A stretch of 64,000 nucleotides of DNA, taken from assembly GCA_045532105.1 (NCBI GenBank), contig JAZSFE010000034.1, positions 11,186-75,185 of the forward strand. Reading direction: 5' to 3'. The position numbers and the translations under genes are program-made. This DNA is from Faecousia sp. (GTDB taxonomy: Bacteria; Bacillota; Clostridia; Oscillospirales; Oscillospiraceae). The notes under the pieces are model-generated. The model had not been told where the DNA came from. It saw only the letters and a program-made list of their open reading frames with translations, and did not search any database. Below, one piece after another: positions 29,354-40,087 of this stretch (its first letter is position 1; every line of letters starts with the position of its first letter).

Positions 29354-31162
29354 ATGACAGAACTTTCCCATATTCGTAATTTTTCCATCATCGCCCATAT
29401 TGACCACGGAAAGTCCACTTTGGCCGACCGTTTGCTGGAAGAGTGTAACGCCATCGACCGCCGGGAAATGGAAGCCCAGATCTTGGACTCCATGGACTTG
29501 GAGCGGGAGCGGGGCATTACCATCAAAGCCACTGCCGCCACCTTGACTTACCATGCTGACGACGGGGAAGTATATGACCTGAACCTGATCGACACCCCGG
29601 GCCATGTGGACTTTAACTACGAAGTCTCCCGGAGTCTTGCCGCCTGTGAAGGCGCTGTTCTGGTGGTTGACGCTTCTCAGGGTGTGGAGGCCCAGACCCT
29701 CGCCAATACCTTTCTTGCCACAGATGCTGGTCTTGAAGTTCTGCCTGTCATTAACAAAATCGATCTGCCTTCTGCCCGGCCGGCAGAAGTGAAAGCGGAG
29801 ATCGAGGATATTATCTGCATTCCCGCGGAAGATGCCCCGGAAATTTCTGCCAAAAATGGCATTAACATTCACGCCGTGCTGGAAATGATCGTCAAGGATA
29901 TTCCCGCTCCCACCGGCGACCGAAACGCGCCCCTGCAGGCTATGATCTTTGACAGCCAGTACGATTCCTACCGGGGCGTTATTGTATACACCCGAATCAA
30001 ACAGGGAACTGTGCGTCCCGGCATGGATATTCGCATGATGGCCACCGGCGCTACCTATAAGGTAGTAGAAGTTGGCTATATGAGCCCCAAGGGCCTCATG
30101 CCCAAGGATGCTCTTGGCGCAGGTGAAGTAGGCTACATCACCGCCTCCATTAAGACAGTTTCTGACACCCAGGTGGGCGACACCATCACCACTGTGGAGA
30201 ATCCTGCCGACGCTCCTCTGCCCGGCTACCGTCCGGTGCAGCCCATGGTATATTCCGGTGTTTACCCCGCAGACGGCGCGAAATATCAGGATCTCCGTGA
30301 CGCTTTGGAAAAGCTCAAGCTCAATGACGCATCCTTTGTCTACGAGCCGGAAAGCTCCATCGCCCTCGGCTTTGGCTTCCGCTGCGGCTTTTTGGGCCTA
30401 CTGCACATGGAGATCATTCAGGAACGCTTGGAACGGGAATATAACCTCGACCTGATCACCACCGCACCCAACGTCGTTTACCGAGTGACCAAAAATACCG
30501 GAGAGGTCATTATGGTGGACAATCCTTTGGATTATCCCGACCCCATGGATATTCAGTTGGCGGAAGAACCTTTTGTGAAGGTCAATCTCATGGCCCCTCA
30601 GGACTATGTGGGCAATATTATGGATTTGGCCACCTCCCGCCGGGGCGAATTTAAGGACATGGTTTACTTAGATGCCAACCGGGTGGAACTGCACTATGAT
30701 ATGCCCTTAAATGAGATCATCTATGACTTCTTTGACGCACTGAAGTCCCGCACCCGGGGCTACGGCAGCTTAGACTATGAGCTCATCGGCTACCGCCCCA
30801 GCCGCCTTGTGAAGCTGGATATTTTGCTCAACGGCGATATTGTGGACGCCCTGAGCTTCATCCTTTTTGCAGACAACGCTTACCCCCGGGCAAGAAAGAT
30901 CTGCGAAAAACTGAAGGACAACATCCCCAGAGCCCAATTCGAAATCCCCGTGCAGGCCGCCATCGGCGGCAAGATCATCGCCCGGGAGACCATCAAAGCC
31001 CTGCGCAAGGACGTTTTGGCCAAGTGCTACGGCGGTGATATTACAAGAAAGAAAAAACTGCTGGAAAAGCAGAAGGAAGGCAAAAAGCGTATGCGTACCT
31101 TTGGTACGGTTGCAGTGCCTAGCGAAGCATTCATGGCTGTCCTCAAATTGGACGAGGACTAA
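29354..31162 (+). CDS. lepA: Translation elongation factor 4
   Basis: [41 protein letters not shown] and [22 protein letters not shown] (alternative start 29345). Confidence 0.98.
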   Translation: MTELSHIRNFSIIAHIDHGKSTLADRLLEECNAIDRREMEAQILDSMDLERERGITIKATAATLTYHADDGEVYDLNLIDTPGHVDFNYEVSRSLAACEGAVLVVDASQGVEAQTLANTFLATDAGLEVLPVINKIDLPSARPAEVKAEIEDIICIPAEDAPEISAKNGINIHAVLEMIVKDIPAPTGDRNAPLQAMIFDSQYDSYRGVIVYTRIKQGTVRPGMDIRMMATGATYKVVEVGYMSPKGLMPKDALGAGEVGYITASIKTVSDTQVGDTITTVENPADAPLPGYRPVQPMVYSGVYPADGAKYQDLRDALEKLKLNDASFVYEPESSIALGFGFRCGFLGLLHMEIIQERLEREYNLDLITTAPNVVYRVTKNTGEVIMVDNPLDYPDPMDIQLAEEPFVKVNLMAPQDYVGNIMDLATSRRGEFKDMVYLDANRVELHYDMPLNEIIYDFFDALKSRTRGYGSLDYELIGYRPSRLVKLDILLNGDIVDALSFILFADNAYPRARKICEKLKDNIPRAQFEIPVQAAIGGKIIARETIKALRKDVLAKCYGGDITRKKKLLEKQKEGKKRMRTFGTVAVPSEAFMAVLKLDED

Positions 31163-31182
31163 TTTTTCAGCAGGAGACTTAT

Positions 31183-32379
31183 ATGGCTATTTTCAACAAG
31201 CAAGGCAAAAAGACCCCTTTGGGGATCTACGTTCATGTGCCATTTTGCCGCAGCAAATGCCAATACTGCGATTTTTACTCCCTCACCGACAAAAGTGACC
31301 GGCTTATGGACGGGTATTTGGATGCCATCTGCGATCACATTCGGGAGACCGGGCCCCAAGCACCGAATTACATTGTGGACACTGTTTATTTCGGCGGCGG
31401 TACTCCCAGCTTTTTCGGTGCTGACGGCATGGCCGCCATCTTGACCACCATTCGCAAGAATTTTGATGTGGCCGTCGATGCAGAGATCACCTTTGAAGCC
31501 AACCCGGACTCCGTCTCCCCCAAGCTGCTGAAGAAGCTTCGCAGCGAGGGATTTAACCGGGTTAGCCTTGGTGTGCAGTGCGATGACGATGAAATTTTGG
31601 AAAAAATCGGCCGCCCCCATACCTATGAGCAGGCAGTCAATGCCGTGGAACGCATTCGCAAAGCAGGTTTTCGCAATCTGTCTCTGGATCTGATCTATGG
31701 ACTTCCAGGGCAGACCATGGAGAGCTGGCAAAAAACACTTCAGCATGTGCTGGAGCTGCGCCCCGAACACATCAGCTGCTACGGCCTTAAGGTGGAGGAA
31801 GGCACACCTCTGTATAACTGCAAGGATTATGTAAACCTCCCGGATGATGATGCCCAGGCGGATATGTATCTAGCGGCCATTGAGATTCTGCGGTCAAAGG
31901 GTTACCGACAGTATGAGATCTCCAATTTCTGCCGCCGGAATTTGGAATCCCGTCATAATCTGAAATACTGGTCCGGCGAAGAATATCTTGGCTTTGGCCC
32001 GGATGCCAGCTCGGATTTTGCAGGCAAGCGATTTAAGATCATCCGCGACTTAAAAGGCTACATTGAGGGTATCCATAATGGCGGGCAGGTGCTGGAAGAC
32101 ATTCAGGATGTCGCTCCCAGAGAACGGGCAGGCGAATATTTAATGATGCGCCTGCGCACCACCCGGGGCATCAGCGCATCGGAATATGAGAAAAAGTTTT
32201 TGCTCTCTTTCTCCAGTTTGGAAAAAGCATTGGATGCCTGCCGTCAGCGGGGCCACGCTCTTCGCTTTGACAAGGATTCCTGGCGGCTGACCCCGGAGGG
32301 CTTTTTGCTTTCCAATTCCATTATATCGGATCTTCTCCTATTGCAGGAGCGTTCCAAGCCTTTGGCAAAACGAAGATAA
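31183..32379 (+). CDS. hemW: Radical SAM heme chaperone HemW
   Basis: YVHVPFCRSKCQYCDF, YFGGGTPS, YEISNF and HNLKYW; follows lepA. Confidence 0.9.
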   Translation: MAIFNKQGKKTPLGIYVHVPFCRSKCQYCDFYSLTDKSDRLMDGYLDAICDHIRETGPQAPNYIVDTVYFGGGTPSFFGADGMAAILTTIRKNFDVAVDAEITFEANPDSVSPKLLKKLRSEGFNRVSLGVQCDDDEILEKIGRPHTYEQAVNAVERIRKAGFRNLSLDLIYGLPGQTMESWQKTLQHVLELRPEHISCYGLKVEEGTPLYNCKDYVNLPDDDAQADMYLAAIEILRSKGYRQYEISNFCRRNLESRHNLKYWSGEEYLGFGPDASSDFAGKRFKIIRDLKGYIEGIHNGGQVLEDIQDVAPRERAGEYLMMRLRTTRGISASEYEKKFLLSFSSLEKALDACRQRGHALRFDKDSWRLTPEGFLLSNSIISDLLLLQERSKPLAKRR

Positions 32380-32413
32380 AAAACAGACGGTGTTTTACAC
32401 CGTCTGTTTTTTT
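32378..32413. terminator. Bidirectional terminator
   Basis: AAAAAACAGACGGTGT-TTT-ACACCGTCTGTTTTTT. Confidence 0.85.
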
Positions 32414-32414
32414 C

Positions 32415-35400
32415 TTATTTGAAGTACTTAACTGCGGACTGGAACAGCTTCATGTCATACTCACCGGGAACATTTCGGTAGAGACCCTTCTGCCAACGCT
32501 CGCTATGACCCATCTTGCCCAGGACTCTGCCATCAGGAGAAGTAATGCCCTCGATAGCAAACAAAGATCCGTTGGGGTTAAAAGCGGTATCCATGGTGGG
32601 ATTACCCTCAAGATCCACATACTGAGTTGCGATCTGGCCGTTGGCCGCCAACTGCATAGCAAGCTCAGGACTTGCAAAGAACCGACCCTCGCCGTGAGAA
32701 ATGGGCACGCTGTAAATCTCGCCCACTTCCGTGCCGGCCAGCCAGGGGCTCTTGTTGGTGCACACCCGGGTGCGCACGATCTTGGACTGGTGGCGGGCAA
32801 TGGTATTGTAGGTCAGCGTGGGGCAGGCATCATCCGTGTCGATGATCTTACCAAAAGGCACAAGGCCCAATTTAATAAGCGCCTGGAAGCCGTTACAAAT
32901 ACCCAGCATCAAGCCATCCCGCTCCTCCAGCAGCTTGGTCACCTGCTCTTTAATGGCAGGATTGCGGAAGAATGCAGTAATGAACTTAGCAGAGCCATCG
33001 GGTTCATCACCACCGGAGAATCCGCCGGGAATAAAGATCATCTGACTCTCAGCGATCTTTGCGGCAAACTGCTCTACGCTCCGGGTCACATCCTCCGCAC
33101 TTAAGTTACGGACAACGAAGATCTCCGGCTCAGCACCGGCAGTCTCCACCGCCCGGGCAGAGTCGAACTCGCAGTTGGTGCCGGGGAACACAGGGATCAG
33201 CACCTTGGGCTTGGCGACCTTTACGGCAGGAGCAATATTGCTACCGCCGGTAAAACCAAACACAGGAATTTCTGCGTCAGTCTCCTCCACCTTGGTGGAA
33301 TAGACATTCTCCAGAACACCCTCATTCAGCGCCAAAAGCTCAGCAACGGAAACCTTGTCATCACCCAAGGAGATGACGGAATCCTCAGTGGTCATGCCGA
33401 TCTTCACCGCACCGGGCAGGTCAACATCCTCACAAAGCTCCGCTACGATAAAGCCATAAAAGCTCTGATACCAGCTGTCGCAAGCATCCTCGCAGGCAGC
33501 AAAACCAATGTTGTTGCCGAAGGACATTTTCATAACTGCCTCTGCAAGGCCGTTTTCCACTGCCCAGGCAGACTTGACCTTACCGGCCATGTGCAGAGCA
33601 TGGAATGCCTCCCAGGAAGCCTTTTGGCTATCCGCGGTCTCATCCGTGGGCCCGAACACATAAACGGGATTGCCTGCTTCCTTAAATTCGGGGGTCAGCA
33701 CCTCGTTTTGATCAATGGGCGCGATGGCAAAGGAGATCAGCGTAGGAGGCACGTCCATATCCAGGAATGTGCCGGACATGGAGTCCTTGCCACCGATGGC
33801 GGCAGCGCCCAGCTCCAGCTGGGCATCCAGTGCGCCCAGAAGCGCAGCCATAGGCTTGCCCCAACGCTGAGGCTCATTGCGCAGCTTTTCAAAGAATTCC
33901 TGCAAAGACAGGTATGCTTTCTTATAGTCCGCGCCCGCTGCCACCAACTTGGCAACAGAGCTATAAATAGAAGCCTTAGCGCCGGTATAAGGATCAATGC
34001 TCATATGATCCGGATCATAACCCCAGGCCATAACGCTGGCCTGATCGGTAACCTGACCGGGGAGCATGGGCAGCGTGGCTGCCATGGCCTGGGCAGGGGT
34101 GCGCTGTGTCTTGCCGCCAAAGGGCATGAGCACAGAACCTGTGCCGATAGAGCCGTCAAATCGCTCGGTAAGACCTCTGCGGCTGGCGGTCTTCAGATCG
34201 CCGGCCATCTCCCGCAGGGAGCTGTACATAGCCTTGCTCAGCTGGGACAGATCCTTGGCGGTAACCTCCGCCGTGGTGTGCTTGCTGGCACCATTGGTAT
34301 CCAGGAACGCACGGGAAAGGTTGGCAATTTCCGCGCCCTTCCAGCTCATGACCATCCGCTCTTCCTCGGTGACCACAGCCACCCGGTAAGCTTCCAGGTT
34401 TTCCTTTTGGGCAAGGGCGATGAAGGTATCTGCATCCTCCGCAGCCACCACAACCGCCATACGCTCCTGGGACTCGGAGATTGCGATCTCCGTGCCGTCC
34501 AGGCCCTCATACTTCTTCCGCACCGCATCCAGATCGATACGCAGACCGGCAGCCAGCTCGCCAATGGCAACGCTAACACCGCCTGCGCCGAAGTCGTTAC
34601 AGCGCTTGATCAGCCGGGTGACCTTGGGATCCCGGAACAACCGCTGGATCTTCCGTTCCTCAGGGGCATTGCCCTTCTGAACTTCAGAAGCCATGGTAGT
34701 AAGAGATTTCATGTTGTGGCTCTTGGAAGAACCGGTAGCGCCGCCAATGCCGTCACGGCCGGTGCGACCGCCCAACAGCACGATCACATCCCCGGGGGCG
34801 GGACGCTCCCGACGGACATTATAAGCAGGTGCTGCGCCCACCACAGCGCCGCACTCCAAACGCTTGGCAACAAATCCGTCATGGTAAATTTCTGCCACAT
34901 GACCGGTGGCCAAGCCGATCTGGTTGCCGTAGGAGGAATAACCCGCAGCAGCCGTCTGGCAAAGCTTTCTCTGGGGCAGCTTGCCGGGAACAGTCTCACT
35001 CAAAGAACGGCGGGGATCTGCCGCACCGGTAACGCGCATGGCCTGGTGAACATACGCACGGCCGGACAGGGGGTCACGAATACAACCGCCGATACAGGTA
35101 GCTGCGCCGCCGAAAGGCTCGATCTCCGTGGGGTGGTTGTGGGTCTCATTCTTAAACATCAGCAGCCAGTCCTGCTCCTCGCCATTAACCTTGGCAGTAA
35201 CATGGATGGAACAGGCATTGATCTCTTCGCTTTCGTCAAGCTCCGGCAAAAGGCCGCGCTTTTTCAAGGTTTTCGTGCCGATGGTGACAATATCCATCAG
35301 CGTCTGGGGCCGCTTGGCGGCCTTTTCTTCACCGTAGACCTCCACCCGGGCAGCTAAGTAACGTTGATAAGCTTCTGCCACCGCAGGATCATCGATCTTC

Positions 35401-36101
35401 ACATCGTCAATGATGGTAGAGAAAGTGGTGTGACGGCAATGATCAGACCAATAAGTATCTACCACACGGATTTCCGTAATGGTAGGATCCCGATGCTCCT
35501 CACCGGCAAAATAATTCTGCAGGAATTTCAGATCATCCAAATCCATGGCAAGACCCAGCTTGTCCAGCAAACCGGACAGTGCCTCGTCATTCATGGTAAT
35601 AAAACCGGTGACGGTGGCAACGCTTTCGGGAATGGCATACTCTACAGCCAGGGTCTCGGGACATTCCAGGCTGGCTTCCCGGCATTCCACAGGGTTAATG
35701 ACATGCTTTTTGATGGCGGAAATATCCCCATCAGACAGCTCACCCTCCAGCACATAGACCTTGGCGGAACGAATGGTAGGCCGGTCGCACTGACCCAAAA
35801 TCTGAATGCACTGAGCCGCGGAATCCGCCCGCTGGTCGAACTGACCGGGCAGGGGTTCTACAGCAAACACGACTTTGCCGGCAGGTGCATCAAAGTACAC
35901 ATTATCCACCTGGGGCTCAGAAAACACTGTGCTCACCGCATAGTCAAACAGATTCTTTTCCAAATTTTCCGCATCATAGCGGTTGATCACACGAACAGAT
36001 TTCAGGCCCTTGATCTGCAGGAACTCCTGCACTTCTTTCAGCAGGCCGTCTGCCTCATGGGTCTGACCGACTTTTTTCTCTACATATACGCGATAAACCA
36101 T
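32415..36101 (-). CDS. purL: Phosphoribosylformylglycinamidine synthase (large fused type)
   Basis: WSDHCRH, KNETHNHPT, DFGAGG and SESQERM; C-terminal glutaminase PGTNC, GICNGFQ, GHSER. Confidence 0.96.
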   Translation of the reverse strand: MVYRVYVEKKVGQTHEADGLLKEVQEFLQIKGLKSVRVINRYDAENLEKNLFDYAVSTVFSEPQVDNVYFDAPAGKVVFAVEPLPGQFDQRADSAAQCIQILGQCDRPTIRSAKVYVLEGELSDGDISAIKKHVINPVECREASLECPETLAVEYAIPESVATVTGFITMNDEALSGLLDKLGLAMDLDDLKFLQNYFAGEEHRDPTITEIRVVDTYWSDHCRHTTFSTIIDDVKIDDPAVAEAYQRYLAARVEVYGEEKAAKRPQTLMDIVTIGTKTLKKRGLLPELDESEEINACSIHVTAKVNGEEQDWLLMFKNETHNHPTEIEPFGGAATCIGGCIRDPLSGRAYVHQAMRVTGAADPRRSLSETVPGKLPQRKLCQTAAAGYSSYGNQIGLATGHVAEIYHDGFVAKRLECGAVVGAAPAYNVRRERPAPGDVIVLLGGRTGRDGIGGATGSSKSHNMKSLTTMASEVQKGNAPEERKIQRLFRDPKVTRLIKRCNDFGAGGVSVAIGELAAGLRIDLDAVRKKYEGLDGTEIAISESQERMAVVVAAEDADTFIALAQKENLEAYRVAVVTEEERMVMSWKGAEIANLSRAFLDTNGASKHTTAEVTAKDLSQLSKAMYSSLREMAGDLKTASRRGLTERFDGSIGTGSVLMPFGGKTQRTPAQAMAATLPMLPGQVTDQASVMAWGYDPDHMSIDPYTGAKASIYSSVAKLVAAGADYKKAYLSLQEFFEKLRNEPQRWGKPMAALLGALDAQLELGAAAIGGKDSMSGTFLDMDVPPTLISFAIAPIDQNEVLTPEFKEAGNPVYVFGPTDETADSQKASWEAFHALHMAGKVKSAWAVENGLAEAVMKMSFGNNIGFAACEDACDSWYQSFYGFIVAELCEDVDLPGAVKIGMTTEDSVISLGDDKVSVAELLALNEGVLENVYSTKVEETDAEIPVFGFTGGSNIAPAVKVAKPKVLIPVFPGTNCEFDSARAVETAGAEPEIFVVRNLSAEDVTRSVEQFAAKIAESQMIFIPGGFSGGDEPDGSAKFITAFFRNPAIKEQVTKLLEERDGLMLGICNGFQALIKLGLVPFGKIIDTDDACPTLTYNTIARHQSKIVRTRVCTNKSPWLAGTEVGEIYSVPISHGEGRFFASPELAMQLAANGQIATQYVDLEGNPTMDTAFNPNGSLFAIEGITSPDGRVLGKMGHSERWQKGLYRNVPGEYDMKLFQSAVKYFK

Positions 36102-36115
36102 GGGAGCGGTCCTCC

Positions 36116-37381
36116 TTATTTCTTAGCAGCCAGAGCTTTCTGGCCAATGTCGCTGCGGCTGTAGGCATTGCGGAATTTCACGCCCGCGCTGAGCCGGTAA
36201 GCGGCTTCAATTGCATCTTTCAAATTGCTGCGCACAGCGGTAGTGCCGGTGACCCGGCCACCGGCGGTGACCAAAACACCGTCTTCCAATTTCGCACCGG
36301 CCACAAAAGTAGCCTTGGCCGCCCGGTCAGACATGGTGATCTTATACCCCTTCTTATAGCTCTCGGGATAGCCGCGGGATGCCTTAATGACGCAGCATGC
36401 ATGCTTCTTGGCAAAGCGGACAGGTGTCTTGGACAGCGTGCCGTTGGTACAGGCCATCATCACAGTGAGCAAGTCACTTTTCAGCAGGGGCAGCACCACC
36501 TGCGTCTCCGGATCGCCGAAGCGGCAGTTATATTCAATGACCTTAGGGCCATTGGGCGTCAGCATCAGGCCGAAATACAAGCAACCCTTAAAGGTGCGCT
36601 TTTCCTTTTTCATGGCCCGGATGGTGGGCAGGAAAATCTCTTTCATACACTGCTTGGCAATCTCATCCGTGTAGTAGGGGTTAGGCGCAATCGTACCCAT
36701 ACCGCCGGTGTTCAGACCGGTATCATTGTCCCCTGCCCGCTTGTGGTCCATGGAGGACACCATGGGGCGCACCACACGGCCGTCAGTAAAGGCCAGGACA
36801 CTCACCTCAGGACCGGTAAGGAACTCCTCGATCACCACAGTAGAACCGCTCTTGCCAAATTTGGCATTGGCCATCATATCAGTAACCGCCTGCTTGGCTT
36901 CTTCCCGGGTCTGGGCAATAATCACACCCTTGCCCAAAGCCAGACCGTCAGCCTTGACCACGGTGGGAATAGGAGCAGTTTCCAGATAATCAAGAGCCTT
37001 ATCCAGCTCTGTAAAAATCTCGTAAGCAGCAGTTGGAATACCATACTTCTTCATGAGATTCTTGGAAAATGCCTTGCTTCCCTCAATAATGGCAGCATTT
37101 GCCCGAGGGCCGAAACAGGGAATCCCCTTTTCTTCCAAAGCATCCACGCAGCCGAGCACCAGCGGATCGTCCGGCGCTACCACGGCATAGTCGATTTTAT
37201 TTTCTGTGGCAAAAGCCACGATCTTTTCAATTTCCGTTGCACCAATGGGAACGCACACGGCATCACCTGCCATGCCCCCGTTGCCGGGAAGGGCATAAAG
37301 GGTTTCCACATCGGGATTTTTCTTCAAAGAGCGGATAATGGCATGCTCACGGCCACCGCCGCCAACGACAAGTAACTTCAT
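36116..37381 (-). CDS. purD: Phosphoribosylamine--glycine ligase
   Basis: GGGGREHA, KADGLALGKGV, DHKR, NTGGMG and RFGDPETQ. Confidence 0.97.
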   Translation of the reverse strand: MKLLVVGGGGREHAIIRSLKKNPDVETLYALPGNGGMAGDAVCVPIGATEIEKIVAFATENKIDYAVVAPDDPLVLGCVDALEEKGIPCFGPRANAAIIEGSKAFSKNLMKKYGIPTAAYEIFTELDKALDYLETAPIPTVVKADGLALGKGVIIAQTREEAKQAVTDMMANAKFGKSGSTVVIEEFLTGPEVSVLAFTDGRVVRPMVSSMDHKRAGDNDTGLNTGGMGTIAPNPYYTDEIAKQCMKEIFLPTIRAMKKEKRTFKGCLYFGLMLTPNGPKVIEYNCRFGDPETQVVLPLLKSDLLTVMMACTNGTLSKTPVRFAKKHACCVIKASRGYPESYKKGYKITMSDRAAKATFVAGAKLEDGVLVTAGGRVTGTTAVRSNLKDAIEAAYRLSAGVKFRNAYSRSDIGQKALAAKK

Positions 37382-37400
37382 AATAAAACTCCTAAGTCAG

Positions 37401-37437
37401 GTCATTCCTCGATTCGCTTTGCTGCGCTCAGGATGAC
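37401..37437. repeat. REP-like short palindrome
   Basis: Minus strand GTCATCCTGAGCGCAGCAAAGCGAATCGAGGAATGAC, with GTCAT(T)CCT/AGGATGAC ends. Confidence 0.45.
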
Positions 37438-37511
37438 AAGATATTTGAAAATCGAGAGATGTCAAAACGCACCGACAGGGGGCGGTAAAAACCGTCCCCT
37501 GAGGTTGATTC

Positions 37512-38696
37512 TTAGTGATGGAACAAGCGCATGCCCGTAAAGGCCATGACAATGCCCTTCTTATCGCACTCTTCAATGACCAGATCGTCACGGATAGAGC
37601 CGCCGGGTTCAGCAATGTACTTCACGCCGGAAGCGTAAGCACGCTTAATGTTATCGCTGAAGGGGAAGAACGCATCAGAGCCCAGCGCCACATTCTGGCG
37701 AGAATCCAGCCATGCGCGCTTTTCTTCAACAGTCAGAGGCTCAGGCTTAACGGTGAAGTAATTCTGCCAAATGCCCTCTGCGCAAACATCCTCTTCGTTG
37801 CCGTTGATGTAGCCGTCAATGACATTATCCCGGTTGGCACGACCCAAATCCTCACGGAACTGAAGGCCCAAGGTCTTGGGATGCTGACGCAGGAACCAAG
37901 TGTCTGCCTTAGTGCCGGCAAGACGGGTGCAGTGAATACGGGACTGCTGACCGGCGCCCACGCCGATGGCCTGGCCGTCCACAGCATAGCACACGGAGTT
38001 GGACTGGGTGTACTTCAAGGTGATCAGCGCCACGATCAGGTCGATCCGGGCACTCTCGGGCAGGTCCTTGTTGGCGGTAACAATGTTCTCCAACAGGTGA
38101 TTGCCGATCTTAAAATTGTTCCGGCCCTGCTCAAAGGTGATGCCGAAGACCTGTTTGGTCTCCTGCTCAGCAGGGATGTAGTTGGGGTCAATCTTGACCA
38201 CGTTGTAGCTGCCCTTACGCTTACCCTTCAAAATTGCCAAAGCCTCGTCGGTGTAGCCGGGGGCGATAACACCGTCGGAGACCTCGGGAGCAATGAGACT
38301 GGCAGTCATAGCGTCGCACACATCGGAAAGGGCGACCCAGTCGCCAAAGCTGCACATACGGTCCGTGCCGCGGGCGCGAACATAAGCGCAGGCCAAAGGA
38401 TTCTCGTCAAGACCCGCTACATCTTCCACAAAGCAGGCCTTTTTCAGTTCTGCGCTTAAGGGCTTGCCCACAGCAGCAGAGGTGGGAGAAACATGCTTAA
38501 AGGAGGTAGCGCAGGGCATGCCGGTGGCTTCCTTCAGCTCCTTGACCAGCTGCCAGGAGTTCAGCGCATCCATAAAATTGATGTAACCGGGGCGGCCATT
38601 GAGAATCTCAAAAGGCAGCTCACTGCCGTCATACATATACAAAGAAGCAGGCTTCTGATTGGGGTTGCAGCCGTATTTCAATTCAAAATTTTTCAT
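37512..38696 (-). CDS. purH: AICAR transformylase (PurH C-terminal domain only)
   Basis: LKYGCNPNQ, SFKHVSP, KYTQSNSV, GAGQQSR, SDAFFPF and PGGSIRD; no N-terminal IMP cyclohydrolase domain. Confidence 0.93.
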   Translation of the reverse strand: MKNFELKYGCNPNQKPASLYMYDGSELPFEILNGRPGYINFMDALNSWQLVKELKEATGMPCATSFKHVSPTSAAVGKPLSAELKKACFVEDVAGLDENPLACAYVRARGTDRMCSFGDWVALSDVCDAMTASLIAPEVSDGVIAPGYTDEALAILKGKRKGSYNVVKIDPNYIPAEQETKQVFGITFEQGRNNFKIGNHLLENIVTANKDLPESARIDLIVALITLKYTQSNSVCYAVDGQAIGVGAGQQSRIHCTRLAGTKADTWFLRQHPKTLGLQFREDLGRANRDNVIDGYINGNEEDVCAEGIWQNYFTVKPEPLTVEEKRAWLDSRQNVALGSDAFFPFSDNIKRAYASGVKYIAEPGGSIRDDLVIEECDKKGIVMAFTGMRLFHH

Positions 38697-38709
38697 GGGT
38701 ACGCCCTCC

Positions 38710-39423
38710 TTAAATATGTTTGTTCAAGATCCGCTGCTCAGTTTCGCCGGTCTGAATATCCGTATAACGCACGAACAGGGAGATCTTATTGTCTTCGTTC
38801 AAATTTTCCCACAGCTCCTTGGTGAACGCATCAATGTCACCGGGGATGCTTACCCGCTCAGGCTCACCCTGGAAGGTGGGGATCACAGGATTGCCATCGC
38901 ACACATAGGTGTGCAGGAAATGGCCCAAGCCTGCCTTGGCAGGATATTCATAGAAGAACCGGGCGCAGGCGCTGCCCTCGGGGTCATTGGATTTCAAAAT
39001 GGACATCTTATAGCTGCCGTCACCGGCCAGCAGACCGGAAATTCTGGGTGTCCAGTTAGGACCGTCGTCCTCAAAGCAGCGGGTGCGCAGAGCAGCTTCC
39101 CAGCTCTCGCCCCGGGCGAGGTATTCCCAAATGGTGTCCGTCTGGTCACCATTGGTCACGATCAGTCCGCAGCCGGCCTCCCGGACAGGATGATAAATGA
39201 TCAAGTGGGGGTCTTTCATCAAACTGGGGTCATGGGCCTGCGTGCGGATGCCATCGGGCTCCTGCACGAAAATGCGGTTGCGGGAGTTGACGCTGCGACC
39301 CATGATAAAATAGGCAGCCACAGCCTTTTTCCCGTCGGGGGTTACACCAAGCACAATGCCGCGGCCGGGGTATGTATTGCCGTCTAACCGCTGGGCCATA
39401 GTCTTTACTTCATAGACATCCAT
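38710..39423 (-). CDS. IMP cyclohydrolase, PurO-like (Ntn-hydrolase fold)
   Basis: YPGRGI, YFIMGRS.NSRNR, IVTNGDQTD and TPRISG. Confidence 0.85.
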   Translation of the reverse strand: MDVYEVKTMAQRLDGNTYPGRGIVLGVTPDGKKAVAAYFIMGRSVNSRNRIFVQEPDGIRTQAHDPSLMKDPHLIIYHPVREAGCGLIVTNGDQTDTIWEYLARGESWEAALRTRCFEDDGPNWTPRISGLLAGDGSYKMSILKSNDPEGSACARFFYEYPAKAGLGHFLHTYVCDGNPVIPTFQGEPERVSIPGDIDAFTKELWENLNEDNKISLFVRYTDIQTGETEQRILNKHI

Positions 39424-39466
39424 TTGAAAAACCTCCAAATCTAAATTTCCAAATCGTGTGCAAGTC

Positions 39467-40063
39467 TTACAGCTGGGCGCAAACGCTCTCCGCTGCCTGG
39501 GGCAAAAGCACCCACTCTGCCTGCTCCATCACCCGCTTTTGCAGGATTTCCGGAGTATCACCGGGTTCAATGTACACCGCCTTTTGGGCAATGATCTGAC
39601 CGCCATCCGGGATCTCGTTAACAAAATGCACCGTTGCGCCGGTGACCTTCACCCCGTAACGAAGCGCCTCTTCATGCACCCGCAGGCCGTAATAGCCTTC
39701 TCCGCAAAAACTGGGGATCAAGCTGGGATGCACATTCAGTATCCGGTTGGAATAACGGGATGTGAACCGCTCTGTAAGGATGGTCATAAATCCGGCAAGG
39801 ATAATGACTTCAATGCCATGGGCGTCCAAAACCTCCATAAGCTTGGTTTCAAACCCTTCCTGGCCGCCACATTCCTTTTTCAGCACCACCGCCGTTTCGA
39901 TCCCGGCTTTTTTTGCCCTTTCCAAGGCATAGGCGTCCCGATTGTTAGACACCACCAGAGCAATACGGCCGCTATTTAGGACCTTGCCCTGGGCATCGAT
40001 CAACGCCTGCAGATTGGTACCACCACCGGAAACCAGCACGGCGATCTTTACATTTTTGGCCAC
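39467..40063 (-). CDS. purN: Phosphoribosylglycinamide formyltransferase
   Basis: SGGGTNLQA, LAGF, NVHPSL and GATVHFV. Confidence 0.96.
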   Translation of the reverse strand: MAKNVKIAVLVSGGGTNLQALIDAQGKVLNSGRIALVVSNNRDAYALERAKKAGIETAVVLKKECGGQEGFETKLMEVLDAHGIEVIILAGFMTILTERFTSRYSNRILNVHPSLIPSFCGEGYYGLRVHEEALRYGVKVTGATVHFVNEIPDGGQIIAQKAVYIEPGDTPEILQKRVMEQAEWVLLPQAAESVCAQL

Positions 40064-40087
40064 GGTCGCATCCTCCCTTTTATTGGC

